Both the position numbers and the translations under genes were made by a program. The notes beneath the pieces were generated by a model, which was not told the DNA's origin, ran no database searches, and was given only the letters and a program-made list of their open reading frames with translations. DNA of 64,000 nucleotides, from the UHGV virus genome UHGV-1963645. One strand, 5' to 3'. Positions 1 to 9,945 of the stretch are shown here, in pieces. Source of the DNA: a virus. Each line of letters opens with the position of its first letter. Positions within the stretch are counted from its first letter, which is position 1.

Positions 1-617
1 GCTTCATTTGTGTCCACGATCTTAGACATGCGTGCAGCGCCGCGCTCTGTCCAGAGTGTAAGGCTTCTGGCGTTCTTACCAACAGAGTAACTTCCGGTTA
101 CTCTGTTCTTAAATTCTCTTAATTTTAAACCAGTTAGAAGAAAGTAATGCTTACCTTCTTCAAAGCGGTCAAGGTTGCGAGACAAATTGTTGCGAATATT
201 GGCTTCATCGACCCCATACCCTCTAGCAAGAGTTTCGGTTGTCACGACACGTACTCCCTGCCATTCCAGAACGGGAATTTCATCCGGCTGATTCTGAACA
301 ACCACCAGTTCCGATTCCTGAACTGAAGGTGCATAAATTTTTTCTGATTTAACGTTAGTTGCTTTCATTCTGTGTGCCTCCTTGCGTGCTTCGGCTGCGA
401 CGGTTGCGTAATTCAGATGACCCTGTTCGAGCAGGTATTCACGGATATCGGTTAGCAGAATGCGGTGAACCGCGTGTTTGTCCTTTCTCCGGTAAAGTTG
501 TTTGGTGATCATGAAGTAGTTGGCAATAACGCCCGGTATATCCCTGGTACTGATACAGGCAGTGTGCTGTTCAATTGCCTCGATCATCTCTTCACGGGTG
601 ACTAATGACGTTCTCAT
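1..617 (-). CDS. ant: Antirepressor-like protein, N-terminal part (gene continues past the left edge of the window)
   Basis: Minus-strand reading frame with no stop to position 1; ATG near 617 preceded by AGGAGGG; N-terminus MRTSLVTREEMIEAIEQHTAC... is clearly paralogous to the 345-aa ORF at 49735-50772; start overlaps icd stop as in immI operons. Confidence 0.7.
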   Translation of the reverse strand, partial: MRTSLVTREEMIEAIEQHTACISTRDIPGVIANYFMITKQLYRRKDKHAVHRILLTDIREYLLEQGHLNYATVAAEARKEAHRMKATNVKSEKIYAPSVQESELVVVQNQPDEIPVLEWQGVRVVTTETLARGYGVDEANIRNNLSRNLDRFEEGKHYFLLTGLKLREFKNRVTGSYSVGKNARSLTLWTERGAARMSKIVDTNE

Positions 618-835
618 AGTCCCTCCTGAGCAGAAGCGTTAACAGGGAGGCACCAGTAACTGAGAGAATTGCGCGAATCGATAGAAAAGCGGGCAGAGAA
701 AATACAGGGAGCATCCGGAAGCTGAGAACGTGCCTCATCTTCTGTCGGTGCAATAACGAAGTGATAGTGACGTTTTTGGCAGGAGTAAAAGCGCCAGATA
801 AATTCAGAATGAGCAGGGGTAGGGATAGTAGCCAC
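614..835 (-). CDS. icd: Icd-like small protein (73 aa) translationally coupled to ant
   Basis: 73-aa ORF (apparent GTG start) preceded by AAGGAGG; 4-nt overlap with ant start; near-identical second copy at 50769-50990. Confidence 0.6.
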   Translation of the reverse strand: MATIPTPAHSEFIWRFYSCQKRHYHFVIAPTEDEARSQLPDAPCIFSARFSIDSRNSLSYWCLPVNASAQEGL

Positions 836-899
836 AATGGCAGCCTCCTTTTGCTAATTTAAGGAGCTACCGCGTGAGGTCTCAATCTCAATGGCGGTA

Positions 900-1010
900 G
901 CACTGACTGGGTTGAGACTACCGGCGCAAAAGGGAACCGGCCTGCCTTTCGGCAGCCCAGCCAGCACTACCATTGATCTCTGAGCTAAACGCTACGTATG
1001 GCTGTGCGAT
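900..1010 (-). ncRNA. c4: c4-like antisense regulatory RNA (approximate boundaries)
   Basis: ORF-free leader upstream of icd with long-range complementarity (GGTAGCACTGACTGGG vs CCCAGCCAGCACTACC) and an internal element complementary to repeats upstream and at the icd RBS; same architecture at 51055-51165. Confidence 0.4.
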
Positions 1011-1018
1011 GGCATGAC

Positions 1019-1048
1019 ACAAAAAAAGACGCTTTTGGCGTCTGTGTC
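1019..1048 (-). terminator. Intrinsic-terminator-like hairpin plus U-run (minus strand)
   Basis: Minus strand reads AGACGCCAAAAGCGTCT followed by TTTTTTT; 150 nt downstream of pacB stop; conserved in second immI copy at 51172-51200. Confidence 0.35.
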
Positions 1049-1175
1049 GCCTTTTGCATTATCCGGGGTCTCAATCCCGGCACCCGTTTTAATGAGGTGC
1101 CTGATAAGCATAAACCGAAAATGCCTCAAGGCGCAAGAGGTCAGGTTCAATGTAACATCGGTAGTTAAAAAACAC

Positions 1176-1192
1176 AATTTATTAGAGCAAAT
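1176..1192. promoter_or_regulatory. C1-repressor operator-like site
   Basis: AATTTATTAGAGCAAAT, about 14/17 match to reverse complement of ATTGCTCTAATAAATTT (recalled P1 C1 operator consensus). Confidence 0.5.
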
Positions 1193-1194
1193 AT

Positions 1195-2679
1195 TCATTC
1201 GTTAAGCCATGCCAGAGCTTCATCAACCTGCGCTTCGTCTTCGACGCTAAGCACTTCATCCTGGGGAACATAATCCGCCAGCATAGCGAAACAATATGTA
1301 TCCCAATGGTCTGGTGAGTGCAGGTTGAGTTTTTTCTTCATATCCTCCTTACTCATCACCTTCCATTGACCTGCGGAGTTAATCCCTACAGGGATTTTCG
1401 ACGCTTCCTCAATAGTTTCATTACCCTTATCCAGTCTCATACGACCAGATTTTACGGCCTCTGCGGCTTGAACGTTGGCATAAGCACGTTTATCAAAGTA
1501 CAGGCTCTTATCTTCACGGCTATGCATCTTTTTACCCCAGCGTATACGCTGTACGGTAATACCATAATACTCGTACATCAGATCCGCCGTTGCTTTACCC
1601 AGGCCATCGCCGTCTATCGCTATGGTGATATTTGGGAATCGCTCAGGATTACATTCTGCGAAAATTTTGGCGGCAAGCTGCGTTTCTGTAACGTCTGTGT
1701 ATTCCAGCATTCGATAGTTGATTACACGGCGTTTATTTCGCTGGCCGGACACCATCATGATATTGATAACGGACTTATCCCGTCCCGTACCACCAGCAAC
1801 GTCCACACATGCAAGCCAGCCCCATCCTTTTGCAATCTTGACTTTCCGCCGCGTTGCACGTTCAACCTCATCACGTCCAAGAAGGAAGCCATCCTGTGAT
1901 TTAGGGAATAGGCCGCGTACCTTAATCATGTACATAGGGTTATCACGCCCGCCGTACTCCGCCAGCTTCATTTTGATAAATGCTGGCGTTACCAACGGTG
2001 ATTCCTCACTGTTAAGCGTGATCGCCGTATAAACGCCATCAGGGTTACCAGGACGCTTGGCCAGTTTATGGTGTGTATCGTAGAAATAGCCGCTTGGGCG
2101 TGTAGGCTGTGACAGCAATAAGATGCGGTTATCCTGTCCGGTAAGAGCACCGGTGATGATACCGAAAGCTCTATCACTGACACCGGAGGCTTCATCGATA
2201 ATATACAGAAGATGATCTGCGTGTTCACCGGCGAGAGCTTCTTCACTTCCCAGACGAAAGCCCTTCGGTACTACAGTCCATACACCTTTACCAGTAATCT
2301 CATAGAAAGCGGTTTCTGTCAGAACAAAATAATCAGCAAGCCATGGGAAACGGCTGGGGGCAGTAGCCCAGTTTATCTTGATGTACTTGAATATACCGGT
2401 CATTACCTGCTGAATTTTGTTCGCAACGATAATGGCACGGGCACCTGGATACATGATTATGAACAACATGATCATGATAGAAGTCATGTCTGATTTCCCG
2501 GTACCGTGACCAGACGAAACAGATGTCTTGCTACCCTGTTCCTGCACAGACTCAATAATCAGATCCTGCTGCCAGGTAGGTGTTTTGCCGAACAAAACAT
2601 CAGCGGCAGCAATCCAGTCATAACGATATAGCGCCACCAGCTCGCGCCAACGTGGATCCGTTACGCAACTTCTGGCCAT
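1195..2679 (-). CDS. pacB: Terminase large subunit PacB-like
   Basis: 494-aa ORF directly downstream of pacA with ATGA overlap; size and position match P1 pacB. Confidence 0.85.
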   Translation of the reverse strand: MARSCVTDPRWRELVALYRYDWIAAADVLFGKTPTWQQDLIIESVQEQGSKTSVSSGHGTGKSDMTSIMIMLFIIMYPGARAIIVANKIQQVMTGIFKYIKINWATAPSRFPWLADYFVLTETAFYEITGKGVWTVVPKGFRLGSEEALAGEHADHLLYIIDEASGVSDRAFGIITGALTGQDNRILLLSQPTRPSGYFYDTHHKLAKRPGNPDGVYTAITLNSEESPLVTPAFIKMKLAEYGGRDNPMYMIKVRGLFPKSQDGFLLGRDEVERATRRKVKIAKGWGWLACVDVAGGTGRDKSVINIMMVSGQRNKRRVINYRMLEYTDVTETQLAAKIFAECNPERFPNITIAIDGDGLGKATADLMYEYYGITVQRIRWGKKMHSREDKSLYFDKRAYANVQAAEAVKSGRMRLDKGNETIEEASKIPVGINSAGQWKVMSKEDMKKKLNLHSPDHWDTYCFAMLADYVPQDEVLSVEDEAQVDEALAWLNE

Positions 2680-3872
2680 TAATCATCATCCCCGTATAGC
2701 TTGCGGGTAACTTCTTCGTCTTCCTCCTCGTCTTCGTCCAGGTCTTGTTCCAGCCATGGGTCGTTTGATACACCTTCAGTATCAACATCTCCATAACCGC
2801 CTGTATCAACGATATCGGCGATTTCTTCCCTACGCTGCTCAATCCACAATGCGGCATCGGCGCGGCGGTTGGCGGCCCGTTCTCGCGCAACTTTGTCCAG
2901 ATCTTCAAGAGAAGGGCCACCGACGGCTGTTTGCCTTTCCTCATCATCGGTATTGGTCTTAGGAGCACGCAGATCGGCTTTGATTTGCTCCAGCATCAGG
3001 GGCGGCACTTTTCCGCCATGCGCCTCGATGAATTCAGCTGCTTCCAGCACTGACCAGTTATTTTCACGCTTTCGTTCGTATGCCAGCTTAACAATGCCAG
3101 CTTGCCCCATAGATAAAGCGTGCTTTTCCGCCTCCCGGCTTTCTTTTCGATAGTTATTCCGGATGCTGTAAATGGTGTTGATCAGGCTGCTTATCTGCGC
3201 GGAACAGCTGTTTAGCATGCTCGCGATACGATATTCAGGCGGAGTCCCTTCATCATCGTCTTTTTGCTGATCGCGCATTTCCTGCACCAGACGAATACAC
3301 GTATCCCTGGCATTCTCCAGCATAAGGAGATGAGAAAGAGACTTTTCCAGAAGAGTGGTTTCCAGAACATCGGCCCCGGACCGACGCAACATAGCGCGCG
3401 CAGCCTTCCGCGCTTCAACGTTATCTATCAGGTAATCGCCAGCTTCGAATTCAAAGCGTTCACCATCATCATCCAGGGTGTCGCGTTCCAGGCGATCACG
3501 TAAGGTCCGGTGGGCGCGGGTGATCACGTCATGATCATCAGAACGATCATTTATGCGCTTATTTTGGCGCTTCGCATTCTCGACTGCGGCACTGACAACG
3601 GCATTAACCCTTTGTTTTTCCGCTATTTCAGCCGCAATGTGATCACCTGCATGTTGATCATTAGAGTGATCAATGATCATGCTTTTTAGTGGCTTCCTGA
3701 CTGGCTTATTTGGCTTGCGGCTGTCCGCTGTCCTGGTGTCTTCTTTGAAGGCACGGAGATAACGACGTGCAGTATTAGGGTTAAGATTAAACTCGGCGGC
3801 ATACTGTGCGATGGTGTAACCACCATCTCGCGCCAGGCGAGCAAAATTCTTCTTGTGATCGTCCCAGGTCAC
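2679..3872 (-). CDS. pacA: Terminase small subunit / pac-recognition protein PacA-like
   Basis: 397-aa ORF containing the clustered TGATCA/G hexamers characteristic of the P1 pac site within its coding sequence. Confidence 0.85.
   Translation of the reverse strand: MTWDDHKKNFARLARDGGYTIAQYAAEFNLNPNTARRYLRAFKEDTRTADSRKPNKPVRKPLKSMIIDHSNDQHAGDHIAAEIAEKQRVNAVVSAAVENAKRQNKRINDRSDDHDVITRAHRTLRDRLERDTLDDDGERFEFEAGDYLIDNVEARKAARAMLRRSGADVLETTLLEKSLSHLLMLENARDTCIRLVQEMRDQQKDDDEGTPPEYRIASMLNSCSAQISSLINTIYSIRNNYRKESREAEKHALSMGQAGIVKLAYERKRENNWSVLEAAEFIEAHGGKVPPLMLEQIKADLRAPKTNTDDEERQTAVGGPSLEDLDKVARERAANRRADAALWIEQRREEIADIVDTGGYGDVDTEGVSNDPWLEQDLDEDEEEDEEVTRKLYGDDD
3521..3682. other. pac packaging site (two clusters of TGATCA-type hexamers with embedded GATC)
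   Basis: gtGATCAcgtcaTGATCAtcagaacGATCA at 3521-3550 and TGATCAcctgcatgtTGATCAttagagTGATCAaTGATCA at 3640-3680. Confidence 0.75.
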
Positions 3873-3957
3873 TTATGCTTCCTTTCGTAAAAACTCTTTT
3901 TGACGCGAGGGTAACGAAAGTCACATGTCAAAAGGCCCGGAACGGGCAAGCAATCAA

Positions 3958-4410
3958 TCAGATACGTGCGGATGTGGCATTACCGTAATGACGGTGCTGA
4001 CGGGCCACCTTATTGAAAAGTTGACGCGCCATTACCCAAGGCTGGTGCTCCCGGCGTTCCTTTTCGTCCTGCGTCATATAGAGTTCGTTCTGGAGTTTTT
4101 CATCAAACCGGCGCGGAGCGCGGCTACGGCGAAAGAATTCAGGATTCAGAGAGTGGATCTGAAATCTACGTGGGCGTGTACTGTCATCAATCAAAACAGA
4201 CGAATACTTAGACACAGCGATAGCCTTTAAGCGCAGATAAACATCGCGCTTATCGACATCCAGATGCGGGTATTCCTTTTCAAGAATTGCTGCGAGTTCT
4301 TTCGCTGATAGAAGAGATTTAGTGCGGATCATGTAATCCGCAATCTCGTACGATGTTATTCGTGAGTGATTTATTTCCATGAAGTGGCGTCCCTGCCAGT
4401 TAAGTAACAT
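3958..4410 (-). CDS. lpa: Late promoter activator Lpa-like
   Basis: 150-aa ORF immediately upstream of pacA in the position of P1 lpa; operator-like site upstream at 4481-4497. Confidence 0.55.
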   Translation of the reverse strand: MLLNWQGRHFMEINHSRITSYEIADYMIRTKSLLSAKELAAILEKEYPHLDVDKRDVYLRLKAIAVSKYSSVLIDDSTRPRRFQIHSLNPEFFRRSRAPRRFDEKLQNELYMTQDEKERREHQPWVMARQLFNKVARQHRHYGNATSARI

Positions 4411-4498
4411 CCTGTCACCTACTGATTAGCCCATGTCAACTAATCAACGTGGAATATAATACCCTCGATTAAAGAAATAGCAATACATTAGAGCAATT

Positions 4499-5542
4499 TT
4501 ATCTAACGCTCGACGAGTGACTTGTGATAGCGCCGACTCCAAGCGCGTAATCAAAGAACAATCGTTGATGCATCGCCAGCCTACCGTGCGTCTTCTCCCA
4601 ATTATCGCGGTCACGCTCAATATCACGCTGGCATGACTGGCACAGAGGAATTGCGTAAATGTCATGCGCGCATAATCGACTATGACGAACGATATAAGGC
4701 GTAATGTGAGCGCCAGCTCCCGCCGCTCCACACCCACAGCATGGACGGGAAGCAACAAAGTCCATGTACTCAGGTAATTTTAGCGATTGCAGTTTTGGTA
4801 TTTTGAAATGCGCCATGCCAGGGTCGGAGTCAACATCCACAGGGCATACTTTTGCACGCATCGGCGCGGCGCGTTCTTCCATCATCTGAACATATGCTGT
4901 AGCGCGATCGTCATACGGGCGAATATCCGCCTCTTTCAGAGGTCCGCTATCCTGCGTTGCGGCTTTCATCTTATTTATTGATATACGGCAAACTTCTTCC
5001 GGCATCAGGTGCATCATGTTGCGCATGAAAGCCCACCAGCACAGTTCCTGAATACTTAAATCATGGCCATCTGAAAGCCCCATTTCCTGACGGGCGACAT
5101 CCAGTATCCAGTTAACGCGATTATTATGCAGCGTTTCTTTCAGCTCATTAAAACCACGCATCCGGTAATGGTTATCGTGATGCCAGCACAACAACACCGC
5201 GCTATTGTCTCGTTCTGCGTGGACAATATGGTTGTCACACCAGCTACGATCTGCGGCCTGGCATTGCCCCTCTTTCCTGCGCAACCACGCCACCAGCGCG
5301 TCAATTCCACCAATACGGCGAAACAGTTCATCGCTGTTAAAAAACGGCTGCAACGCCTCATTTGTTGCCATAGTTTGCTCGGAAACAACGAGGCCGTCGT
5401 CCATGTGCTCGATTAACTCACGCGGCACCGGCTCCATAATAAATTTACGGCCAGCCTCCACCAGCTTTCTGACTTCCTGATCCACTTTGAATGTGGCGAC
5501 GCCAAGCTCTTTTTGTACAAAGGGAGTAATTATGGCTTTCAC
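4499..5542 (-). CDS. pdcB: PdcB-like protein (Cys/His-rich C-terminus)
   Basis: 347-aa ORF between the doc-phd operon and lpa; CCGCG...H...C..C motif cluster near C-terminus. Confidence 0.5.
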   Translation of the reverse strand: MKAIITPFVQKELGVATFKVDQEVRKLVEAGRKFIMEPVPRELIEHMDDGLVVSEQTMATNEALQPFFNSDELFRRIGGIDALVAWLRRKEGQCQAADRSWCDNHIVHAERDNSAVLLCWHHDNHYRMRGFNELKETLHNNRVNWILDVARQEMGLSDGHDLSIQELCWWAFMRNMMHLMPEEVCRISINKMKAATQDSGPLKEADIRPYDDRATAYVQMMEERAAPMRAKVCPVDVDSDPGMAHFKIPKLQSLKLPEYMDFVASRPCCGCGAAGAGAHITPYIVRHSRLCAHDIYAIPLCQSCQRDIERDRDNWEKTHGRLAMHQRLFFDYALGVGAITSHSSSVR

Positions 5543-5569
5543 ATCACACCTTTAATCACTGATTGGGCT

Positions 5570-5770
5570 TTATCTGCTGCCCGGCATTCTCTGTTTAAGC
5601 ACAACCATTTCCTGACGGCATAACACAGCAATAGCGGTCCTGACTCCAATTTGCTTACCAACCAGGTATTGCTTTACCTTGCGGCGGCTCACGCCATCAA
5701 GAAGCATCTTTAACGCTTCACGGGACAACTTGTTGTATTTACGTGCCATTAATCTACTCCGCAGAACCAT
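5570..5770 (-). CDS. Small basic protein, possible HTH
   Basis: 66-aa ORF between doc and pdcB; start uncertain. Confidence 0.3.
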   Translation of the reverse strand: MVLRSRLMARKYNKLSREALKMLLDGVSRRKVKQYLVGKQIGVRTAIAVLCRQEMVVLKQRMPGSR

Positions 5771-6134
5771 ACAATCTACGTAACGTGTCGGCGACAGAAG
5801 ATACAGATATCTCGCCAGTCGCAGCGCCTACGGTAAGGTCTGCCAGTTCAGGTGAATCAAATACCTGCACCCCGTTACGGCGTAGAAATAGCAGCGCACT
5901 GTTTAGCGCGGTACGCTTATTGGCATCATTGAATATATGCCCTCTCGCTGTAGCCACCAGGTAGGTGGCGGAGACTTCGAAAAGGTCGGTGATCTCTTCG
6001 TAGGCAACTCTGGCCTGAACTCTCCCGATAATGGCCTCTGCCCTACCCGGATCAGACATTCCCGGCAGGCCGCCGTAGCGGCTTATATTCGCATCATGAA
6101 GCGCAACAAGTTCTTCCGGTGATATATGTCTCAT
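5754..6134 (-). CDS. doc: Doc toxin (Fic-family) of phd-doc addiction module
   Basis: 126-aa protein MRHISPEEL...[19 protein letters not shown] matches recalled P1 Doc; overlaps phd stop. Confidence 0.95.
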
Positions 6135-6355
6135 TATCGGTTAACCAGTTCCTTGTTGGTGGAGTCCAGGGTGTCAAACAGGGATGCAAATTCAGCATCC
6201 AGCGCCGCTTTTTTGTAGGCTTCGAAAGTAGCCTTGCTGACAATTACTGCTGGCTCACGGCCTCTGCGGGTGATTTCAACCTCTTCCCCGGCTTCAACAT
6301 TGTTGAGCACTTCAGAAAGGTTGCCGCGCGCGGTACGGAAGTTAATGGATTGCAT
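6134..6355 (-). CDS. phd: Phd antitoxin
   Basis: 73-aa protein from [40 protein letters not shown]; immediately upstream of doc. Confidence 0.9.
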   Translation of the reverse strand: MQSINFRTARGNLSEVLNNVEAGEEVEITRRGREPAVIVSKATFEAYKKAALDAEFASLFDTLDSTNKELVNR

Positions 6356-6427
6356 AAACACCTCGTGTACTCGTTATGTGTACACAATTATAAACTTCAC
6401 AGGCATAAAGCACCAGCACTTTGCAGC

Positions 6428-6817
6428 TTAAATAACCGGACAATCATCAAATTCCCCACTTCGGGCATCATTGATGACATGAGTGATCACACCAAAAACA
6501 GCATTACTGCCCGTGTATCCATCGTCATCTACTGGTAACGCCTCTTTCTTCCCGGTGCTTAAGTCCTCCAGGTGCTGGCGCGGATACTTCCTGTATCTCT
6601 TTATGCGATATTCACCCTCCATAGCGCACACAAGCAGAGAACCATCAACCGGAGTAAGCGAGGAATCAACCACCAGCAAAGCTCCCTGCAATATTCCCTC
6701 ACGGTGATGGCTATCAGCTGCCCGCATGAAGTAGGTCGCTGAAGGATGTCTAATTATCTGCTGATCAAGAGAAATTCGGCTTTCAACATAATCCGCCGCA
6801 GGAGAAGGGAAGCCCAT
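6428..6817 (-). CDS. humD: UmuD-like translesion synthesis accessory protein HumD
   Basis: 129-aa ORF with UmuD'-like peptidase-fold C-terminal region; LexA box 20 nt upstream. Confidence 0.8.
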   Translation of the reverse strand: MGFPSPAADYVESRISLDQQIIRHPSATYFMRAADSHHREGILQGALLVVDSSLTPVDGSLLVCAMEGEYRIKRYRKYPRQHLEDLSTGKKEALPVDDDGYTGSNAVFGVITHVINDARSGEFDDCPVI

Positions 6818-6837
6818 AGCGTTTTACCTCAATGATA

Positions 6838-6853
6838 CTGTTTATTCATACAG
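6838..6853. promoter_or_regulatory. LexA (SOS) box
   Basis: CTGTTTATTCATACAG fits CTGT-N8-ACAG, directly upstream of humD start. Confidence 0.6.
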
Positions 6854-6940
6854 TATACATTGAAAAGGCATAGTTTGTGAAAGCGGGGTTTGTAGGCGCG
6901 CCACGCTGGGGGCTAATCACATTTCTCCCCCATCTTGCCG

Positions 6941-7192
6941 TTATTTTTTTGGTGCATCCTCGTTCTGATACACCGGATCGCTCCCTTTTGGCAACTGGAG
7001 GCTTAACTGCCGGTAGTGCCGTAGCCGTTCCATGAAATAGGCGCGCAGGTTTTCCGGTTGCTCACGGGCCACCTGCTCTGCAATCACAGGTATATTCAGC
7101 CGTTCTTTGTAAGCAACGCCGCTGGCGGCAAGGTCTACGTTCACCTTGTCTCGCTCTTCCTGGCTTTTAGCTGCTATATTTCGATCTGACAC
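6941..7192 (-). CDS. hot: Homolog of DNA polymerase III theta subunit (HolE-like)
   Basis: 83-aa protein ...[43 protein letters not shown]... resembles E. coli HolE. Confidence 0.8.
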   Translation of the reverse strand: MSDRNIAAKSQEERDKVNVDLAASGVAYKERLNIPVIAEQVAREQPENLRAYFMERLRHYRQLSLQLPKGSDPVYQNEDAPKK

Positions 7193-7559
7193 AAGAAACC
7201 TCCAGGAGTTAGTGGATCAGGCACATGCACAATAACGTTCTCAATGTTAGCCGTTCAATTCAGACAATCAGAGACTGCACCAGTGTGGTGGCATCAATCC
7301 CATTGCGAAACAGCATAGACGAACTGCAAATTCGTGTATTGAATCCGAATCAGGCTAATAAGCAATTGCGCTTTATTTTGACGCTGAAAAGTGAAACAGA
7401 GGGGATAAAGCACAGCGTAAAAGTGTTTTCTGAGGCCATTCTGCTTAATGGGAAGCTCCGGCATCTGGTAAGGCCAGAACGTCAATATCCTGACGTCCTG
7501 GCGCGTGAAAAAGACCTTCTTTCTGAAGTTCAGGATAGGGTGATCGATTTCGTCAAATG

Positions 7560-7925
7560 CTATCCCCTGCATTGAGGGCAGGTGTTCCCTTCCGCAAAGT
7601 AGGGAAAATTGCTATCAAGTTCATCACACCATCTGCGATGGTCGTAGCACCAAAACGCCTCCCACGGTGCACGGAAATACTTCATCCACCAGGACACTCG
7701 ATCAGGTATATCTGCTGGTGGCAGTTCTTCTGGCAATAATTTGCCTGATAATTCCCTTTCCGCCCGCGACAGCATTTTTTTGAGGCTCGCGTTCTCTTTT
7801 TCAAGCTCATCTACGCGCACCTGTAATTCAGCTTTCGTTGGCATGGTCCACCTCATGCTTTTCAGCCACCAGCGGCAATAAAGCCCTGGCCATCTTATGA
7901 ACCAATAGTGCATCAATAATGCCAA
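7560..7925 (-). CDS. Hypothetical protein (probable internal start MPTKAELQ...; coiled-coil then Cys-rich C-terminus)
   Basis: ORF in minus-strand block; start ambiguous; overlaps end of upstream gene. Confidence 0.3.
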   Translation of the reverse strand: MALLMHYWFIRWPGLYCRWWLKSMRWTMPTKAELQVRVDELEKENASLKKMLSRAERELSGKLLPEELPPADIPDRVSWWMKYFRAPWEAFWCYDHRRWCDELDSNFPYFAEGNTCPQCRG

Positions 7926-8910
7926 GCGTATGCCCCGGCTTAATGTTTAATGCCGCCTCAAGGCGACACCTTTCCAGGCCACTTTTCTCGGCTTGTTTAT
8001 GATGATCTGGTGTAATAACGTCGCCCAAAACACGGCTAATTCTTTCTCGTAATTGCTGGGTGCCAGCACACTTGATCGCTGTATCGTGGAGACGGTTAAC
8101 CAGTTCGCGATAAACATGCGGCTTAATTCGGATACGTTCACCGGTGACGCCCTTTCCTGGTGCTGGCACCGAACTATCCGGAATATCCGGATAGTTGCCA
8201 GCCAGTCTACGCAAAACAGCCTTAACAGCCTCAATACGGTCATCATCGCAACTTTCCAGCGTATCTATGCGATCGAGCATGATGATGGCGTTATCAATAT
8301 CAGGATTGCCGGTCCACTCATTACCGCGATTGGATTCGGCAGTCTGGTTGCCGCGTACTGGTTGATTCTCGGCTTTACCCTGTCTGTCGTTGCTGCATGA
8401 ATGCCCTTCCAGCCAGACCAGTGCTTGTCGCATGAAATACGCAATATGCTTGCCGTGGTAATCGTCTTCATCGATGTGAAAAGCGATACTGCGGATATAT
8501 TCAATTGCGTTTTCAATGGCCTCTAACGCTATCGGTGCTGGCGGAGTGGTATATAGTTTTCGACATTTGTTTATCCAACCGGCATGGTCAGGCGTGTCTG
8601 TAAAGCGCAAATCGTCTTCGTAGCACTCACGACTTCGTTCTTTCCATTCCGTCCACGGAACACCGCTATTCCAGGTGGGACGAGTGCAGGACTGATACAG
8701 AACAGGCTCTGCTTCCAGTGATGCCAGTGCAATCCGTGCCAGCTCACGCACAACTTCCGGCGGCGCGTAACGGTCATTCAGGTCATCCCACAGGCGTAGC
8801 ATGTTATCGCTACCAGGGTGAACATCCTCGTTAGTTCCGGCCAGCGCACTAATAACCTCATCGGCTGCTTCAATAATTTTCTGTGCCTGTTCTCTGGTAA
8901 TAGTGGTCAT
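7828..8910 (-). CDS. Hypothetical protein, member of MTTIT N-terminal paralog family
   Basis: 360-aa ORF; N-terminus MTTITREQAQKIIEA...ELARIALASLEAEP shared with 9343-9738 and 9946-10410. Confidence 0.6.
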   Translation of the reverse strand: MTTITREQAQKIIEAADEVISALAGTNEDVHPGSDNMLRLWDDLNDRYAPPEVVRELARIALASLEAEPVLYQSCTRPTWNSGVPWTEWKERSRECYEDDLRFTDTPDHAGWINKCRKLYTTPPAPIALEAIENAIEYIRSIAFHIDEDDYHGKHIAYFMRQALVWLEGHSCSNDRQGKAENQPVRGNQTAESNRGNEWTGNPDIDNAIIMLDRIDTLESCDDDRIEAVKAVLRRLAGNYPDIPDSSVPAPGKGVTGERIRIKPHVYRELVNRLHDTAIKCAGTQQLRERISRVLGDVITPDHHKQAEKSGLERCRLEAALNIKPGHTLGIIDALLVHKMARALLPLVAEKHEVDHANES

Positions 8911-8920
8911 TTGTTATGCC

Positions 8921-9118
8921 TCAATACACGAAATCTGTTTTAAATTCATGGTTACATTCTGGACAGCATGTTTCGTAACCTTTTATTTCTTCACATGCCT
9001 GTTTAGCTCCAGAAAACTCCCAGAAATCAGCATCACAAAGCAGATCGAAATTGTGACCGCATTTTGGGCATTCGGTATCAAGTGACAGATTCCAGTAAGC
9101 AGTGGTGTTTTTATCCAT
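8921..9118 (-). CDS. Small zinc-ribbon protein
   Basis: CPKCG...CCPECNH motif pairs; inner start MDKNT abuts next gene. Confidence 0.45.
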   Translation of the reverse strand: MDKNTTAYWNLSLDTECPKCGHNFDLLCDADFWEFSGAKQACEEIKGYETCCPECNHEFKTDFVY

Positions 9119-9119
9119 A

Positions 9120-9341
9120 TCAGTCTCCTTTACCCGCTGCTTTCTCCTGCTCTTTAGCAAGCCGCTCCGCTTCTCTGAAATCCCAGTCAACTCGACGTGC
9201 TATATCAATTGCAGAACGCACGGTACGTTCAATTAGCGTATCCAGATTATCGATTGTCATTGCCATATCTGGATTGCGAGATAAAATCTCCGCCCTCTGA
9301 ATCTGCCAGTTGTTGCAGGTTTCAAGTAATGAGTTAGCCAT
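9120..9341 (-). CDS. Hypothetical small protein
   Basis: Tightly packed in operon (inner start MANSLL abuts neighbours). Confidence 0.4.
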   Translation of the reverse strand: MANSLLETCNNWQIQRAEILSRNPDMAMTIDNLDTLIERTVRSAIDIARRVDWDFREAERLAKEQEKAAGKGD

Positions 9342-9342
9342 A

Positions 9343-9738
9343 TCACTTTCCTTTCCCATGAAGCATAGCCGCGCGGCAGGCATTCCAGCCTCTCACCTCT
9401 GCAATAGCGGCAACAGCATCAACCGCGTACATGCTAAGAGGATTAGGCATTGGTTTTTCTTCCGGTACTACTGGCGCTGGAGGGGCGGCGTAAATACCCT
9501 CTATCACTAAATGTTTGCGCTCAAAATCATCTGGCTCTCGATGATATACGTAACTCCAATCACCAAGGTTATCATTGCGCCTGCAACGGAAACCTATCGG
9601 CTCGACTTCCAGCGCTGCCAGAGCAATTCGTGCCAGTTCTTCCGCTTCTTCTGCTGGCAGTACAACGTTGCTACCAGGTCCGTATGTTTCGCGCCACTGC
9701 TTGATTGTCAGCAGTCGCTCTTTGGTTATAGTGGTCAT
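9343..9738 (-). CDS. Hypothetical protein, MTTIT family
   Basis: N-terminus MTTITKERLLTIKQW...EELARIALAALEVEP paralogous to 7828-8910. Confidence 0.6.
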   Translation of the reverse strand: MTTITKERLLTIKQWRETYGPGSNVVLPAEEAEELARIALAALEVEPIGFRCRRNDNLGDWSYVYHREPDDFERKHLVIEGIYAAPPAPVVPEEKPMPNPLSMYAVDAVAAIAEVRGWNACRAAMLHGKGK

Positions 9739-9944
9739 TTGTTAATCCTCAAAACTTTATGCCCGGGCGCAAAAGCACGCGTTTTGTCTTTGCTTATTCG
9801 CCAGCCATCCTTGCGCGCCTCTTTTGCACAGCCAGCCCATGACGTACCGATATACTCACCGAAGTCTGGCACTGGATATACACCTTCCGTACACTGGCGG
9901 CAGTCACAATAGAGATGCATTGTGTAACTTGCGGCAATAGCCAT
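9735..9944 (-). CDS. Small Cys-rich protein
   Basis: 69-aa ORF with CDCRQC motif; 4-nt overlaps on both sides. Confidence 0.45.
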   Translation of the reverse strand: MAIAASYTMHLYCDCRQCTEGVYPVPDFGEYIGTSWAGCAKEARKDGWRISKDKTRAFAPGHKVLRINK

Positions 9945-9945
9945 A

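Noticed and set aside
1019-1048. Hairpin plus U-run read simply as the pacB terminator
   Set aside because: The same hairpin is conserved inside the second immI leader (51172-51200), where no upstream gene ends, so it is more likely part of the immI regulatory leader.
1318-2246. Plus-strand ORFs of 193, 104 and 85 aa
   Set aside because: Lie antisense within pacB, with no RBS and no recognisable motifs; judged to be frame artefacts.
7225-7575. 116-aa plus-strand ORF between hot and the minus-strand block
   Set aside because: No clear RBS or promoter, and it sits in a minus-strand block; not fully excluded as a small divergent gene.
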